A stretch of 64,000 nt of DNA from Conexibacter sp. (GCA_036499225.1 DASYEC010000122.1:22752-86751); one strand, 5' to 3'; positions 52,366 to 61,841 are shown, counted from the stretch's first letter. Notes: generated by a model not told the origin, from the letters alone. Made by a program: numbers and translations.

Positions 52366-53166
52366 GTGGCGAGCACGGTGAGCGGGCCCGTCTTCTCCGA
52401 CCGCCGCGAGGCCGCGCTCGGCGTCGCCGTTTACAGCGTGTATCTGGCGGTGCGGCATGTCGCAGTGACCCGCCGGGGAAAGGGGGTCGCGCTGGCGAAC
52501 GCGCATGCGACGGTCGCGTTGGAGCGGCGGCTGCGGATTGGGATCGAGCCAGCGATCCAGCGGGCGCTGGTGCGGCGCGGGCGGATGATCGTGCTCGCCG
52601 ACATCGCCTACGTGACGCTCAACGTCGGGCTGACGGTCGGCTGGCTTGCGATGCTCCACGGCCGCCGCGATCCGGCCTACCACCGGATGCGCACCGCGGC
52701 GACGATCGCGACGCTCGGGGCCCAGCCGCTCCATCTGCTGCGGCCGACCGCGCCGCCGCGCTCGCTCGACGGCTTCATCGACACGATCCTCGAGCGCGGC
52801 GTCGACCTCGACGGCAGCCCGCTCGCACGCCTCTACAACCCGCTCGCCGCGATGCCGAGCATCCACGTCGCATACGCCGTGGTGATCGGGGCGGCGATTT
52901 CCGAGACGGCCCGGAGCCCGATCGCGCGCGCCATCGCGCCGGCCTACCCGCCGCTCGTCGCGGGAATCGTCCTCGTCACCGCAAACCACTTCGTGCTCGA
53001 CGTCATAGCCGGCGCGATGCTCGGCGCCGGCAGCCTGCGGCTCGCGCGGATGCTGTCGGAGCGGGCGGACGGGGAGCGGGTCAACGCGGGTGTTGAGCGC
53101 GCGCCGCTCGGCGGGACCGAGCCATTTCAGGGGACCGGCCCGGAGGTGTCATGCGAGCGCTTGTGA
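52366..53166 (+). CDS. PAP2-superfamily membrane protein (PAP2_3, IPC/sphingomyelin-synthase-like)
   Basis: GTG at 52366 after GGAGGA. TM helices. Motifs MPSIHVAYA and TANHFVLDVIAG. The ORF is also open upstream to 52135 through the tandem repeat. Confidence 0.65.
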   Translation: MASTVSGPVFSDRREAALGVAVYSVYLAVRHVAVTRRGKGVALANAHATVALERRLRIGIEPAIQRALVRRGRMIVLADIAYVTLNVGLTVGWLAMLHGRRDPAYHRMRTAATIATLGAQPLHLLRPTAPPRSLDGFIDTILERGVDLDGSPLARLYNPLAAMPSIHVAYAVVIGAAISETARSPIARAIAPAYPPLVAGIVLVTANHFVLDVIAGAMLGAGSLRLARMLSERADGERVNAGVERAPLGGTEPFQGTGPEVSCERL

Positions 53167-54068
53167 CGGGGGCCAGCGGTTTCGTTGGGCGGCATGTCGC
53201 CGACGCATTGCGGAAAGACGGGGCGCAGGTGCGCGACGAGCGGGTCGAGCTGACCGATGCCGCCGCGGTCGACAGGGCGATCGCCGGGTGCGAGACGGTC
53301 TTCCACGTCGCCGCGCTCTACGCCTACGACGGGCCGGCGGCGCGGTTTGAGGCGGTCAACGTCGAGGGGACGCGGAACGTTGTCGAGGCGTGCGTGCGTC
53401 ACGGGGTGCGGCGGCTCGTCTTCACAAGCACGGCGGGAACGTGCGGACCGGTCGAGGGGCGGGCGGCGAGCGAGGAGGACGGGCCGCCCGACTGGGAGCT
53501 GACGGTCCCGTACAAGCGGACGAAGCTGGAGTCCGAGCGGCTCGTGCTCGCCGCCGCCCGCGAGCGGCTCGACGCCGTCGTCGTCAACCCGACGACCCCG
53601 ATCGGTCCCGGTGACGACAAGCCCACGCCGACCGGCAAGATGATCGCCGGCGTAGCGCGCGGCCGCGTCCGCGCGTACATCGGCAACACCGGCCTGAACG
53701 TCGTCGACGTCCGCGACGTCGCCCGCGGCCACGTGCTCGCGCTCGAGCGCGGCAGGCGTGGCGAGCGCTACCTGCTCGGCGGCACCGACCTCGACCTCGG
53801 CGACCTGTTCGCCCGCGTCGCGATCGCCGCCGGACGCCCCGCGCCGCGGCTGAAGATCCCGTACGCGATCCCGCAAGCGCTCGCCGCCGTCCACCTGCTC
53901 AACCGCCATGAAGTCCGCCTCGCGAGAATGCCGATGTTCTTCACGAGCGCGAAGGCCGCGCGCGAGCTCGGCTACGCCCCCGGCCCCGCCGACGCCGCGA
54001 TCGCCGCCGCGGTCCAGGACGTGCTGGGGCGGCGCTCTCTGAGCGCCGACCCGACCGGCGCTTCTTAG
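53151..54068 (+). CDS. hpnA: NAD-dependent epimerase/dehydratase, HpnA-like (hopanoid-associated sugar epimerase)
   Basis: Rossmann motif VTGASGFVGRH and YxxxK (YKRTK). Its position abuts hpnH. Confidence 0.7.
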   Translation: MRALVTGASGFVGRHVADALRKDGAQVRDERVELTDAAAVDRAIAGCETVFHVAALYAYDGPAARFEAVNVEGTRNVVEACVRHGVRRLVFTSTAGTCGPVEGRAASEEDGPPDWELTVPYKRTKLESERLVLAAARERLDAVVVNPTTPIGPGDDKPTPTGKMIAGVARGRVRAYIGNTGLNVVDVRDVARGHVLALERGRRGERYLLGGTDLDLGDLFARVAIAAGRPAPRLKIPYAIPQALAAVHLLNRHEVRLARMPMFFTSAKAARELGYAPGPADAAIAAAVQDVLGRRSLSADPTGAS

Positions 54069-55072
54069 CTCATCCCGACCGCGGCGCGGATCGATTGCTT
54101 GAACGAGCTGGCGGTGGCGAGGACGGCGGTGGGCTCGTAGCCGCAGTGGGCCATGCAGTTGTCGCAGCGGGGGTCGCGGCCGCGGCCGTAGCTGTCCCAG
54201 TCGGTCGTGTCGAGGAGCTCTTGGTACGTTCTCGCGTAGCCGTCGGCCATCAGGTAGCAGGGGCGCTGCCAGCCGAACAGTGAATAACTGGGAATGCCCC
54301 AGGCGGTGCACTGGAAGTCGACCTTGCCCTCGAGGAAGTCGAGGAACAGGGGGCTGTGGTTGAGGCGCCATCTGCGGCGGCGGCCGTCGGCGAACGCGGC
54401 TCTGAACAGGTCGTGCGTCTGCTTGACGCCGAGGAAGTGGTCCTGGTCCGGGGCCTTCTCGTAGGCGTACGCGGGGGAGATCATCATCATGTCGACTTCG
54501 AGCTCGTCGTTGATGAAATCGAGCACCTTGCGGACCGAGTCAGGCGAGTCGTGGGTGAAGAACGTGGTGTTGGTCGTCACGCGGAACCCACGCTGCTTGG
54601 CCGCTCTGATCGCCGCGACCGCCTTGTCGAAGACCCCGTCGCGCGAGACCGACTCGTCGTGGCGCTCTCTCAAGCCATCGAGGTGAACGGCCCAGGTGAA
54701 GTAGTCGCTCGGGGTGAAGAGGTCCATTCTCTTCTCCATCAGCAGCGCGTTCGTGCAGAGGTAGACGAACTTCTTGCGCTCGATCAACCCGTTGACGATC
54801 TGGTCGATCTCGGGGTGAATCAATGGCTCACCACCGGCAATCGAGACCATCGGGGCGCCCGACTCCTCGATCGCGGCGATCGCCTGCTCGACCGGCATCC
54901 GCCGCTTCAGCACATGCTCGGGATGCTGGATCTTGCCGCAGCCGACGCACTCCAGGTTGCACTGGAAGAGCGGCTCCAGCTCGACGATCAGCGGGAAGCG
55001 CTCGCGTCTGGCGAGCTTCTGCTTCGCGAGGTAGGCGCCGATGCGGGCGCTCTGGCGCATGGGGACGGGCAT
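54065..55072 (-). CDS. hpnH: adenosylhopane synthase, radical SAM protein HpnH
   Basis: LEPLFQCNLECVGCGKIQHP (CxxxCxxC) and SIAGGEPL. Sits in the hopanoid operon next to ispH. Confidence 0.85.
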   Translation of the reverse strand: MPVPMRQSARIGAYLAKQKLARRERFPLIVELEPLFQCNLECVGCGKIQHPEHVLKRRMPVEQAIAAIEESGAPMVSIAGGEPLIHPEIDQIVNGLIERKKFVYLCTNALLMEKRMDLFTPSDYFTWAVHLDGLRERHDESVSRDGVFDKAVAAIRAAKQRGFRVTTNTTFFTHDSPDSVRKVLDFINDELEVDMMMISPAYAYEKAPDQDHFLGVKQTHDLFRAAFADGRRRRWRLNHSPLFLDFLEGKVDFQCTAWGIPSYSLFGWQRPCYLMADGYARTYQELLDTTDWDSYGRGRDPRCDNCMAHCGYEPTAVLATASSFKQSIRAAVGMS

Positions 55073-55075
55073 CGC

Positions 55076-56641
55076 TCAACTCCTGCTTTCGGGGCGAGAC
55101 GGCGGCAGCTTGAAATGGACGTCCTCACGCGCGACCTCGACCTCTGAGACGGTCGCGCCGCCAAGGCCGTCCAGCGCGGAGACGACTTCCTGGACGAGCG
55201 CTTCGGGCGCCGAGGCGCCCGCGGTGATCCCGATCCGGCGCGCGCTTGTGAGCAGGTCGAGCGGGACGTCGGTCGGGTTGTCGACGAGCGCCGCGCGCAC
55301 GCCGGCCCGCTCGGCGACCTCGACCAGCCGGCGCGAGTTGGACGAGTTGCGCGAGCCGACGACGAGGATCGCGTCGACCTGCGGCGCGAGCGCGCGAACG
55401 GCGTCCTGGCGGTTCTGGGTCGCGTAGCAGATGTCGTCGGAGGCCGGGCCGACGAGCGCCGGGAAGCGGTCGCGCAGCGCGTCGACGACGCCGGCTGTCT
55501 CATCGACCGCCAGCGTCGTCTGCGTCAGGTACGCGACTCTGCTCGCGTCCGCGACCTTCAGCTGCTCGACGTCCTCGGGGCTGGTGACGATCTGCGTGCG
55601 GTCTGGCGCCTCGCCGACCGTCCCCTCGACCTCCTCGTGGCCCTCGTGGCCGATCAGCACGATGTCGAGGCCTGCCTCGGCGAAGTGGCGCGCCTCGGCA
55701 TGGACCTTCGCGACGAGCGGGCAGGTCGCGTCGATCACGTCGAGGCCGCGCTCCTGGGCCTCTTGGCGCACCGCGGGGGAGACGCCGTGGGCGGAGAAGA
55801 CGACAGTCGCGCCGGACGGGACCTCGGCGAGCTCGTCGACGAAGACCGCGCCGCGCTGCTCCAGCTCGGCAACGACCCGCTGGTTGTGGACGATCTGCTT
55901 GCGCACGTAGACCGGCAGCTCGTGCTCGTCGAGCGCCCGCTCGACGACCTGCACCGCCCGCACGACGCCCGCGCACGACGCCCGCGGAGCGGCGAGCAGC
56001 ACGTCGCGGCGGCCGAGCGCGCGCGCCCATTCCTCCGCCAGCGCACAGGCGTGGCGCAGCGTGCGGTACGCGGTGCGCGCGCCGGACAGCGTCGCCAGCG
56101 GCCGGTTGAGCTCGCGCTCTGCCGTGTCGAGCACGACCCGCAGCGTCACGAGCGGGTCGGCGTTCGCCTCCGGCGCCAGCCATGCCGACTCCATGTCGAC
56201 GGCGAGCGCGCCGGTGCGGTGCAGCGCGCGCCGGCGCTCGCGCACGACGAGCCGCTGGCTCGAGGCGATCGGGCCGAGGTGGACGCGCAGGCCGCCGCGG
56301 CGCAGGATGCCGGCGAGGATTGCGGGGTCGGGGCACTGCGTCGTGCCCATCGGGCCGCGCAGCTCGGTAGCGAGCACGACGTCGCCGGGCTGCAGGGTCG
56401 GGTCGAGCGCGCCGCAGAAGCCGGCGATCAGCGTCGGGCCGCCCTGCTCGCGCTGCGTGATCTCGGCGGCGCGCCTTGCTCGGCGCGGCCCCATCCCGAT
56501 CTGCTCGACGCGAGCCCACGGGGCGCCCTCGCGGGCGGCGCGCGCCTCGAGCCGCAGCGGCGCGAGCACGAGCAGTCTTTTCGGCGGCGCGAACGGCTCG
56601 GGCGAGCGCGGCGCCGGCGGTCGAGCGTTCGCAGCGCTCAT
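55076..56641 (-). CDS. ispH: fusion protein: HpnG-like PNP/UDP-family nucleosidase (N-term) + 4-hydroxy-3-methylbut-2-enyl diphosphate reductase IspH (C-term)
   Basis: ATG at 56641 overlaps the hpnE stop (ATGA). N-terminal half has GFCGALDP and [13 protein letters not shown]-terminal half has the three IspH cluster cysteines ([23 protein letters not shown]) and SSNS. The R-rich 136-aa upstream extension of the ORF is rejected. Confidence 0.8.
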   Translation of the reverse strand: MSAANARPPAPRSPEPFAPPKRLLVLAPLRLEARAAREGAPWARVEQIGMGPRRARRAAEITQREQGGPTLIAGFCGALDPTLQPGDVVLATELRGPMGTTQCPDPAILAGILRRGGLRVHLGPIASSQRLVVRERRRALHRTGALAVDMESAWLAPEANADPLVTLRVVLDTAERELNRPLATLSGARTAYRTLRHACALAEEWARALGRRDVLLAAPRASCAGVVRAVQVVERALDEHELPVYVRKQIVHNQRVVAELEQRGAVFVDELAEVPSGATVVFSAHGVSPAVRQEAQERGLDVIDATCPLVAKVHAEARHFAEAGLDIVLIGHEGHEEVEGTVGEAPDRTQIVTSPEDVEQLKVADASRVAYLTQTTLAVDETAGVVDALRDRFPALVGPASDDICYATQNRQDAVRALAPQVDAILVVGSRNSSNSRRLVEVAERAGVRAALVDNPTDVPLDLLTSARRIGITAGASAPEALVQEVVSALDGLGGATVSEVEVAREDVHFKLPPSRPESRS

Positions 56642-58038
56642 GCGAGCGTCTCCGTCAACGGGCTCGTTGAGTCGTGCGCGGGCGCGAGCGCGGCGAGCGC
56701 TTCGGCCGCCGCGGCGTGGCCGCTGCGGACGGCGCCTTCCATCGTCGCGGGCCAGCCGGTTGCGGTCCAGGCGCCAGCGAGCGTGAGGGCCGGGAGCGCG
56801 GTGCGGGCGGGCGGGCGCAGGGCGACGGCGCCCGGGGCGGCGCGGAAGGTCGCGGCGTGCTCGCGGACGACGAGGAACTTCTCCAGCGGCGCCTGGCGGG
56901 CGCGCGGGAGCAGCGCGCCGAGCGCCGGCACGAAGCGGCGTTGCAATGCCTCCGCGTCCATCGCCATCTCCTCGTCGGCGGCGCTGAGCGAGACGGCGAG
57001 CACCTGGCCGTGGTCGACGCCCGCGGTCGCCGTACGGTCGAAGACCCACTGCACGGGCGAGTCGACGGCGGCGGCGAACGGCTCCTCAGTCACCCTCTTA
57101 CCGTAATGGGCATGGAGGTTGACGATCGGCGATTGTCCGAGCGCGATCAGCCTTGCGGTCTCGACGCGCGCCTGCGGAGGCAGCACCGCGGCGGCGCGCT
57201 CGGGCGGCAACGCGACGACGACCGCGTCGGCGTGCAGCGCTTCGTCGTCGGCTTCGACCTCCACGACAAAGCCGCCTTCACGCACGATCACGCGCTCGGC
57301 GCGAGTGCGCAACAGCACGCGCGCGCCCGCCTGCTCCAGCGCGCGCTGGGCCGGCTCGTCGTGCAGCTCGCTCAACGGCACGCGCGCCCAGCCGACGTCT
57401 CCCGCGCCCGGGTCGCTCAGCAGCCCGACCTGGAAGACCTGTGCCGCCTGGGCCAGCGACGCCTGCGCGGGCTCGAGGTTGAGCGTCGGCAGGGCGATCA
57501 GCCGCCAGACTGACTCGACCGCGGCCGCGCGTTGGCCGTGCGATCTGAGCCAGTCGCCGAACGAGCGCGCGTCGGCAGCCGGGTCGTCGGGGTCGACCCT
57601 GCTCAGCGCGGCCATCGCGACGGCAACGGCGAGGCGGTCTCGCAGCGGGATCAGGCCGTAGCGGACGAGCGCGCCGGCGAGGTGGAACGGCGCCGGCAGG
57701 CCGTTGCGGCGCAGCCGTGCGGAGCGGCCGCCGGGCGCGAGCACGGGGATGTCGAGCCGTGGCTGCAGCGTCACCCGGTCGCTGACGCCGAGCCGGTCGA
57801 GCAGCGCTCGGTAGTCGACGCAGCAGCGCAGGAAGACGTGCTGGCCGTTGTCGAGCGTCATCCCTTCGCGCTCGTAGGAGTAGGCGGCGCCGCCGAGCCG
57901 CGGGCGGACCTCCAGCAGCGTCACCGCCGCGCCCGCGCTCGCGCAGTCGAGCGCCGCCGCGATCCCCGCCAGCCCGCCGCCGAGGACGACGACGTGGCGG
58001 CCGTGCGCGGGCGCGCGGGCGTCGGTCGGCACGATCAT
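56638..58038 (-). CDS. hpnE: hydroxysqualene dehydroxylase HpnE (FAD-dependent amine-oxidase family)
   Basis: [15 protein letters not shown] dinucleotide fold. Position after hpnD. ATGA overlaps at both ends. Confidence 0.82.
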   Translation of the reverse strand: MIVPTDARAPAHGRHVVVLGGGLAGIAAALDCASAGAAVTLLEVRPRLGGAAYSYEREGMTLDNGQHVFLRCCVDYRALLDRLGVSDRVTLQPRLDIPVLAPGGRSARLRRNGLPAPFHLAGALVRYGLIPLRDRLAVAVAMAALSRVDPDDPAADARSFGDWLRSHGQRAAAVESVWRLIALPTLNLEPAQASLAQAAQVFQVGLLSDPGAGDVGWARVPLSELHDEPAQRALEQAGARVLLRTRAERVIVREGGFVVEVEADDEALHADAVVVALPPERAAAVLPPQARVETARLIALGQSPIVNLHAHYGKRVTEEPFAAAVDSPVQWVFDRTATAGVDHGQVLAVSLSAADEEMAMDAEALQRRFVPALGALLPRARQAPLEKFLVVREHAATFRAAPGAVALRPPARTALPALTLAGAWTATGWPATMEGAVRSGHAAAAEALAALAPAHDSTSPLTETLA

Positions 58039-58988
58039 CGCGCCGTCCCCCTGCCACGCGCGCGCTTGCGCGCCTCAGACCACCCGGCGCCTCGTGTGCG
58101 GCCGCTTGGCGAGTCGGTCCGCATGCCCGCGAGCGAGCGCGCGGCGACGACGACCTTCTCCCATGCGGGCACGGAGACGCGTTCGCGGGTGATCGCCAGC
58201 GGGTCCTGCTCGATGCGCTCAAGCACTCGTCGGTAGATGCCCGTCATCGCCAGCACGCAAGCAGCGCTGCGCTGGTCGAGCAGCGGAAGCAGCTGCAGGC
58301 CGCGGTCAAACCACTCGCGGTTGCGCGCCGCCTCGAAGCGGACGAGCTGCTCGATCGCGCCGTCCGGTCCCGCGAGCGGCGTCGTCAGGCCATAGCGGCG
58401 CAGGTCCTCCGCGGGCAGGTAGACGCGGCCGTTGCCGTGGTCCTCGCGCACGTCGCGCAGGATGTTCGTCAGCTGCATCGCGACGCCGAGCTCGTCGGCG
58501 CGCAGGACCGCTACGGCCTGGTTGTCGGCGCCGAAGATCGCGACGCACAGCCGCCCGATCGTCCCGGCGACGCAGCCGCAGTAGAAGACAAGCTCCTCGA
58601 AGGTCTCATAGACCGTGCCGCGCACGTCCTGCTCGACGCCGTCGATCAGCCGCTCCAGCGAGTCGAGCGGCAGGTCGAAATGCGTGCGCGTGTCGTCGAG
58701 TGCGACGAGCACGGGATCGCCGGTGCCGAGCGCGCGGCCTTCGCGCAGCCGCGCGACCCCGCGGCGCTCGCCGTCGAGCGCAGCGAGCTTCCGCTCGGCC
58801 GGCAGCGTGCCGTCGCCGATGTCGTCGACACGGCGGGCGAAGGCGTAGACGGCGCACATCGCGCGGCGCTTTGCCGGCGGCAACAGGCGGATCCCGTAGA
58901 AGAAGTTCGCGGCCTCGTGGCGAGTCACGCGCTCGCAGTGGCGATAGGCCTCCTCGACCGCCGGGCGCTCTCGCGCGATGCTGCTCAT
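58035..58988 (-). CDS. hpnD: presqualene diphosphate synthase HpnD (squalene/phytoene synthase family)
   Basis: ATG at 58988 overlaps the hpnC stop. NFFYGIRLLPPAKRRAMCAVYAFARRVDDIGD and a second Asp-rich region DVRED. Confidence 0.82.
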   Translation of the reverse strand: MSSIARERPAVEEAYRHCERVTRHEAANFFYGIRLLPPAKRRAMCAVYAFARRVDDIGDGTLPAERKLAALDGERRGVARLREGRALGTGDPVLVALDDTRTHFDLPLDSLERLIDGVEQDVRGTVYETFEELVFYCGCVAGTIGRLCVAIFGADNQAVAVLRADELGVAMQLTNILRDVREDHGNGRVYLPAEDLRRYGLTTPLAGPDGAIEQLVRFEAARNREWFDRGLQLLPLLDQRSAACVLAMTGIYRRVLERIEQDPLAITRERVSVPAWEKVVVAARSLAGMRTDSPSGRTRGAGWSEARKRARGRGTAR

Positions 58989-59911
58989 GGCGTCCCCCAA
59001 TCGGTTGGCGAGCCGGCCTGGCGCAGCGTGCGGCCAAACGCTCGCGCGAGGCCCACGTTGCTCGGCCGCGGCTGTCTGCCGAGCACGTCGTAGCCGGCGT
59101 TTTCGATCGCGTCGAGCGCAGCGCGGCCGCCCGCGACGAAAGCGGCGACCGCGAAGCCCGGACGCGGCGCAAGCGAGCGGATCAGCGGGATCCCGGCGGC
59201 GAGCAGCTGCCGCGCGCGTCTCGTCTCGATCATCAGCACCGCGCGCAGCGACGTGCTCGGCCGCTCGGCGTCGAGGTCGGAGAGGACGGCGCCGCAGCGG
59301 CGCATGTCGGCCTGCGGCAGGTAGACGTGGCCGCGCAGACGGTCCTCGCGCACGTCCTGCAGGTGCTCGACGAGCTGCAGGCCGGCGCAGACGTCGTCGG
59401 AGAGCGCGACGCGCTCGGGGGTCGCCGCGCCGAAGACGTGCAGGACGAGCTCGCCGACCGGCATCGCCGACAGCCGGCACGACTCGATCAGCTCCTCGTA
59501 GCTCGCGATCCGTCTGACCTCCTGCTCGCGGCGGTTGGCCTCGATCAGCCGCTCGAACGGGTCGCGCGGCAGGTCGAGCGCGCGGACGCTGTCGGCGAGC
59601 GTCCGCATCAACGCGTGTGTTGGCTGCGCGGCGGGAGAGCCGAGGTAGACGAGGTCGAGCTCGCCCGCGACCCAGTCGAGCAGCGCGGCGCGGTCGCCGT
59701 CGGCCTCGTCGCCGATGTCGTCGACCATCCGCGCGAAGCCGTAGAGCGCCATCAGGTGGTCGCGCTCGGCGCGGGGGAGCAGACGGCTGGCGACGGGGAA
59801 GTTCTCCTTGGCGGCCTGGTCGAGGACGGCCGACGCCGTGGGGGTGCCGGGGGGAGGGCCTTCCCTGCTGGCGCAGGCGGCGCTCGCCCCGTTCACCGCG
59901 CTCGCAGACAT
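58985..59911 (-). CDS. hpnC: hydroxysqualene synthase HpnC (squalene/phytoene synthase family)
   Basis: ATG at 59911. ENFPVASRLLPRAERDHLMALYGFARMVDDIGDE and DVREDR. Overlaps the shc end by 19 nt. Confidence 0.8.
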   Translation of the reverse strand: MSASAVNGASAACASREGPPPGTPTASAVLDQAAKENFPVASRLLPRAERDHLMALYGFARMVDDIGDEADGDRAALLDWVAGELDLVYLGSPAAQPTHALMRTLADSVRALDLPRDPFERLIEANRREQEVRRIASYEELIESCRLSAMPVGELVLHVFGAATPERVALSDDVCAGLQLVEHLQDVREDRLRGHVYLPQADMRRCGAVLSDLDAERPSTSLRAVLMIETRRARQLLAAGIPLIRSLAPRPGFAVAAFVAGGRAALDAIENAGYDVLGRQPRPSNVGLARAFGRTLRQAGSPTDWGTP

Positions 59912-61779
59912 CGCCCGATCGCGTTCAGCGGGAAGACCTGCCGGTACAGCCCGTAGTTGATGTAGAAGTCGCCGGGGAAGCCCGTGCCGGTGAACTGCGG
60001 CTCCTCCCAGCTTCCATCTGGGAGCTGCGTGCGCGTCAGCCAGTCGAGGCCGCGCCGCACCGCGGGGGAGCCGTCCATCCGTTCGCCGGCCGCGTGCAGC
60101 GCCATCAACGCCCAGCCAGTCTGCGAGGCGGTGCTGTCGCCGCGGCCGATCCACATCGGGTCACTGTAGGACCGCGGGTCCTCGCCCCAGCCGCCGTCGT
60201 CGTTCTGGACGCGCTCCAGCCACGCGACCGCGCGACGGATCGCCGGGCTCTCCGGCGCGAGGCCGGCGGAGGCGAGCGCTGGGATCGCGGCGCCGGTTCC
60301 ATACAGGTGGTTGATGCCCCAACGGCCGAACCACGAGCCATCGGCCTCCTGCGCGTCGAGCAGCCAGCTCAGTCCGCGCTGAGTGGAGGGGGCCCCCGCG
60401 CGCCCCTCGCCCGCGAGCATCTCGACGATGTGGGCGGTGACGTCGGCGCTCGGCGGGTCGATCACCTCGCCGAAGTCGCAGAACGGCAGCTCGCGGCAGG
60501 CGGCGCGGGTGTTGTCGACGTCGAAGGCCGCCCAGCCGCCGTCGGCGCTCTGCATCCCCTCCGCCCAGCGCAGCCCGCGGTCGATCGCGGCCTCGACGCG
60601 CGCGGTGTCGGGATGGTCGACGCGCCGCAGCGCAAGCACGACCTCGGCGGTGTCGTCGATGTCGGGGTAGTGGTCGTTGGCGAACTCGAACGCCCAGCCG
60701 CCCGGCTCAAGGCGCGGCCTGCGCACCTGCCAGTCGCCGCCGCTGCGGATCTCCTCGTCGAGCAGCCAGCCGGCGGCGCGCACGAGCGCCTCGTCGTCGG
60801 GGTCGATGCCGGCGTCGGCGAGCGCGACGACCGCGAGCGCGGTGTCCCAGACCGGCGACTGGCACGCCTCCAGGCGGCGCATCCCGTCCTCTTCGATCGT
60901 GAATCTGTCGAGGCCGTCGAGGCCGGCCCTCATCACCGGGTGGTCGAGCGTGTAGCCGCGCACCGACAGCGCCATCAGCGAGTAGACCCACGGCGGCTGG
61001 ATCCCGCCCCAGGAGCCGTCGGCCTCCTGGCGGGCGACGATCCACTGCTCGGCGCGCGCGAGCGCGAGGCGGCGAAGCGGCTTGACCGGGTGTTTCTCGT
61101 AACGGTGAAGGAGCCTGTCGAGCAGCACGAAGCGGCCCGACCAGTCGCGCAGGCCGGCGGCGACGGTCGGCGGCTTGATGCCGACACGCAGCTCGTCGAG
61201 GTCGATCGGCAGCCGGCGCGCGGGGCGGTGGGCGGCGATCACGGTCAGCGGGACGATCGTCTGGCGCGCCCAGCAGGCCAAGTCGTAGACGTTGAGCGGG
61301 AGCCAGCTCGGCATCAACGCGACCTCGGGCGGCAGCGCGGGCAGGTCGTCCCACGACCACAGGCCGAACAGCGCGAGCCACAGGCGCGTGAACACGCGCG
61401 TGCCCTCCAGGCCGCCGTTGTCGCGGACGAACGATCGCGCGGCGCGCATGTGCGCGGCGTCGGGCGGGTCGCCCGCGAGCTTCAGCGCCGCGTACGCCTC
61501 GACGGTCGTCGAGAGGTCACCGGGGCCGCCGTGGAAGTTCGCCCACGTGCCGTCGTCGCGTTGCTGCGACCGGATCCAACGCGCCGTCGCCGCCGTCGTC
61601 GAGGGCGATGCGATGCCGAGGAACTCCCGCATCAGCAGGTCCTCGGCGTCCATCGTCACGTTCGTGTCGAGCGGAGCTCTCCACCAACCGTCCTCGTGCT
61701 GGAGCGAGCGCAAGAGGTCGACGCCTCGGCTGAGCGCCTGAGCGATCGCGGCCTCTGCATGAAGCTCGACGTCTGCCAA
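59893..61779 (-). CDS. shc: squalene-hopene cyclase
   Basis: TTG start, 628 aa. Multiple QW repeats (QxxDGSW/GGW) and the catalytic DxDDTA motif (YPDIDDTAEV). Confidence 0.93.
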   Translation of the reverse strand: MADVELHAEAAIAQALSRGVDLLRSLQHEDGWWRAPLDTNVTMDAEDLLMREFLGIASPSTTAATARWIRSQQRDDGTWANFHGGPGDLSTTVEAYAALKLAGDPPDAAHMRAARSFVRDNGGLEGTRVFTRLWLALFGLWSWDDLPALPPEVALMPSWLPLNVYDLACWARQTIVPLTVIAAHRPARRLPIDLDELRVGIKPPTVAAGLRDWSGRFVLLDRLLHRYEKHPVKPLRRLALARAEQWIVARQEADGSWGGIQPPWVYSLMALSVRGYTLDHPVMRAGLDGLDRFTIEEDGMRRLEACQSPVWDTALAVVALADAGIDPDDEALVRAAGWLLDEEIRSGGDWQVRRPRLEPGGWAFEFANDHYPDIDDTAEVVLALRRVDHPDTARVEAAIDRGLRWAEGMQSADGGWAAFDVDNTRAACRELPFCDFGEVIDPPSADVTAHIVEMLAGEGRAGAPSTQRGLSWLLDAQEADGSWFGRWGINHLYGTGAAIPALASAGLAPESPAIRRAVAWLERVQNDDGGWGEDPRSYSDPMWIGRGDSTASQTGWALMALHAAGERMDGSPAVRRGLDWLTRTQLPDGSWEEPQFTGTGFPGDFYINYGLYRQVFPLNAIGRCLRAR

Positions 61780-61829
61780 TCCAACCTCGTCCGAAGTCCG
61801 ACGTATGCACCATCATGCCTGAGCGGCAC

Positions 61830-61841
61830 TTGCACGTGCAA
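61830..61841. promoter_or_regulatory. perfect 12-bp palindrome TTGCACGTGCAA upstream of the shc operon (candidate operator)
   Basis: Self-complementary 12-mer 51-62 nt upstream of the shc start, inside the only low-GC stretch of the spacer. Confidence 0.3.

Noticed and set aside
56642-57049. 136-residue upstream extension of the hpnG::ispH ORF. Analogous R-rich extensions occur on hpnD (58989-59480) and hpnC (59912-60154).
   Set aside because: Each extension lies fully inside the preceding, motif-supported gene. An internal ATG forms an ATGA (or short) overlap with the upstream stop, as expected for a coupled operon.
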